A DNA stretch of 64,000 nucleotides from an uncultured bacterium (GTDB lineage: Bacteria > Zhuqueibacterota > QNDG01 > DTFT01), in assembly GCA_963736115.1 (NCBI GenBank), contig CAVTNR010000012.1:256001-320000 (forward strand), in the 5' to 3' direction. Positions 62,970 through 64,000 of the stretch are shown in pieces. The position numbers and the translations under genes are program-made. Numbering within the stretch: position 1 is the first letter of the stretch; every line of letters begins with the position of its first letter. Below the pieces are notes generated by a model. That model was not told the DNA's origin. It made no database searches and saw only the letters and a list, made by a program, of their open reading frames with translations.

Positions 62970-63064
62970 ATCTAATGTGAAAAAAACTGGTGCGCACTCA
63001 AACGATAATAAGCGGTTTGAAATTCATGGAGCGAGTGCGCATCCAGTTCGTTTCAGGGTAAGCC
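62970..63064 (-). repeat. attC-like site (95 bp)
   Basis: R'' GGCTTAC-CCTGA-AA(C)GAACTGG(A)TGCGCACTC...GAGTGCGCACCAGTTTTT-TTCAC-ATTAGAT R'. Confidence 0.55.
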
Positions 63065-63091
63065 AAAATTATTTACGTATACTTTTGACAA

Positions 63092-64000
63092 TCACCGCAT
63101 CAGCTGTCTAACGCCGGCGCAGATGCGCTGTTTGTTGGGGAGACTTTGGTCCTCAAGGTGACGGGCGTAAGGGATGGTTGTTTGGGTGCAGACACGGGCA
63201 TACTTGCAGGATATGCCGGCCTCCAGCACTATCGCGGACAATTCTCCTGAAAGACCAAAGCCCTCGTAATCTTCATCCACCACTAACAAGTGCATAGTCC
63301 GTGCGACTGCTTCGCAGACTGCCGTTTTATCTATCGGAGAGACAGTCCGCAAGTCCAGCACACCTGCTGAAATCCCTTCAGTCTCAAGCATTTGCGCGGC
63401 TTCTAAAGCGCGGTGTATGCCTACACCAACACTGACGATTGTCACATCATCTCCAGGGCGTCTAAGGGCAGCTTTACCGATGGGAACGGGTTCCCACTTT
63501 TGAGGAACAGTGTTTTTCGCCCCTTCGGCAGGAACATCATACTGAACCGTGCGGCGCCCTCCTGATCCCAAGAATTCAAGCCAAATCTCAGAGAGGAGTT
63601 TATGTTCAAGGAAGATGACTGGACCATCGTGCTCTAGAGCGGCCAGCATAAGGCCGCCCGCGTCGGCTGGCGTCGATGGAACCAGTACAGTCAGCCCCGG
63701 GATATGCGCCAGCCAACCCCACAGAGACTGCTCGTGCTGTCCACCGTCGCCATAACCACCGCCACAAGGCACACGCACCACGATAGGCGCCGTCCATTTA
63801 CCGCCTGAAAACGCTTCGACTTTAGCGGCATGGTTGAGCAGGGCATCCATGCACACTCCGAGGAAATCAACCATGTACATTTCCACGACCGGGCGTAATC
63901 CAGCCATTGCGGCAGACACGCCGGCCCCTAGAAAGGCGCTTTCGCTGATAGGGGTACCCCGCACACGTCCAGGTCCAAATCGCACGACCAGGTTACGTCG
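63092..64000 (-). CDS. 2-oxoacid (pyruvate/acetoin) dehydrogenase E1 beta subunit; 5' end outside the window
   Basis: TPISE, GLRPVVE, GGQHEQS, PSTPADA, FLEHK, LDLRTVSP. Confidence 0.88.
   Translation of the reverse strand, partial: RRNLVVRFGPGRVRGTPISESAFLGAGVSAAMAGLRPVVEMYMVDFLGVCMDALLNHAAKVEAFSGGKWTAPIVVRVPCGGGYGDGGQHEQSLWGWLAHIPGLTVLVPSTPADAGGLMLAALEHDGPVIFLEHKLLSEIWLEFLGSGGRRTVQYDVPAEGAKNTVPQKWEPVPIGKAALRRPGDDVTIVSVGVGIHRALEAAQMLETEGISAGVLDLRTVSPIDKTAVCEAVARTMHLLVVDEDYEGFGLSGELSAIVLEAGISCKYARVCTQTTIPYARHLEDQSLPNKQRICAGVRQLMR

Overview
A 64-kb chromosomal segment from a GC-rich bacterium. An FCB-superphylum origin (KSB1/Calditrichota-like) is inferred from six secreted proteins with 'NYPNPFN' Por/FlgD-type C-terminal sorting tails, a TonB receptor, a Bacteroidota-type bS22 gene and canonical TTGAC[AT]-16/18-TAnnnT promoters. 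Housekeeping blocks are rrf2-metY-cysK-metX-metW, mntH, groES-groEL and sppA-HU-bS22-xseA-xseB-dxs-nadK. They alternate with accessory secreted and carbohydrate-active genes: beta-helix proteins, GH35-like, GH5, GH30, tandem CBM6-CotH-LTD paralogs, DUF362 and a PQQ propeller. The most striking signal is a family of small palindromic REP-like elements (GTAG- and CGTC-type). Three copies form an 82-codon in-frame insertion inside NAD kinase, and a 24-nt mini-hairpin sits at the same G^C position of three REP stems. Other notable items are two to three attC-like sites bounding AT-rich genes at the right end (possible CALIN), a GH35-like protein apparently lacking both catalytic glutamates, a 663-bp near-identical segment shared by the CotH paralogs, an unannotated 31-aa bS22 gene and an end-less IS3 remnant. 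About ten apparent small-indel frameshifts, including one in nadK, are most simply read as long-read assembly errors. No CRISPR array, tRNA or rRNA was seen. All calls were made by eye, without database searches.
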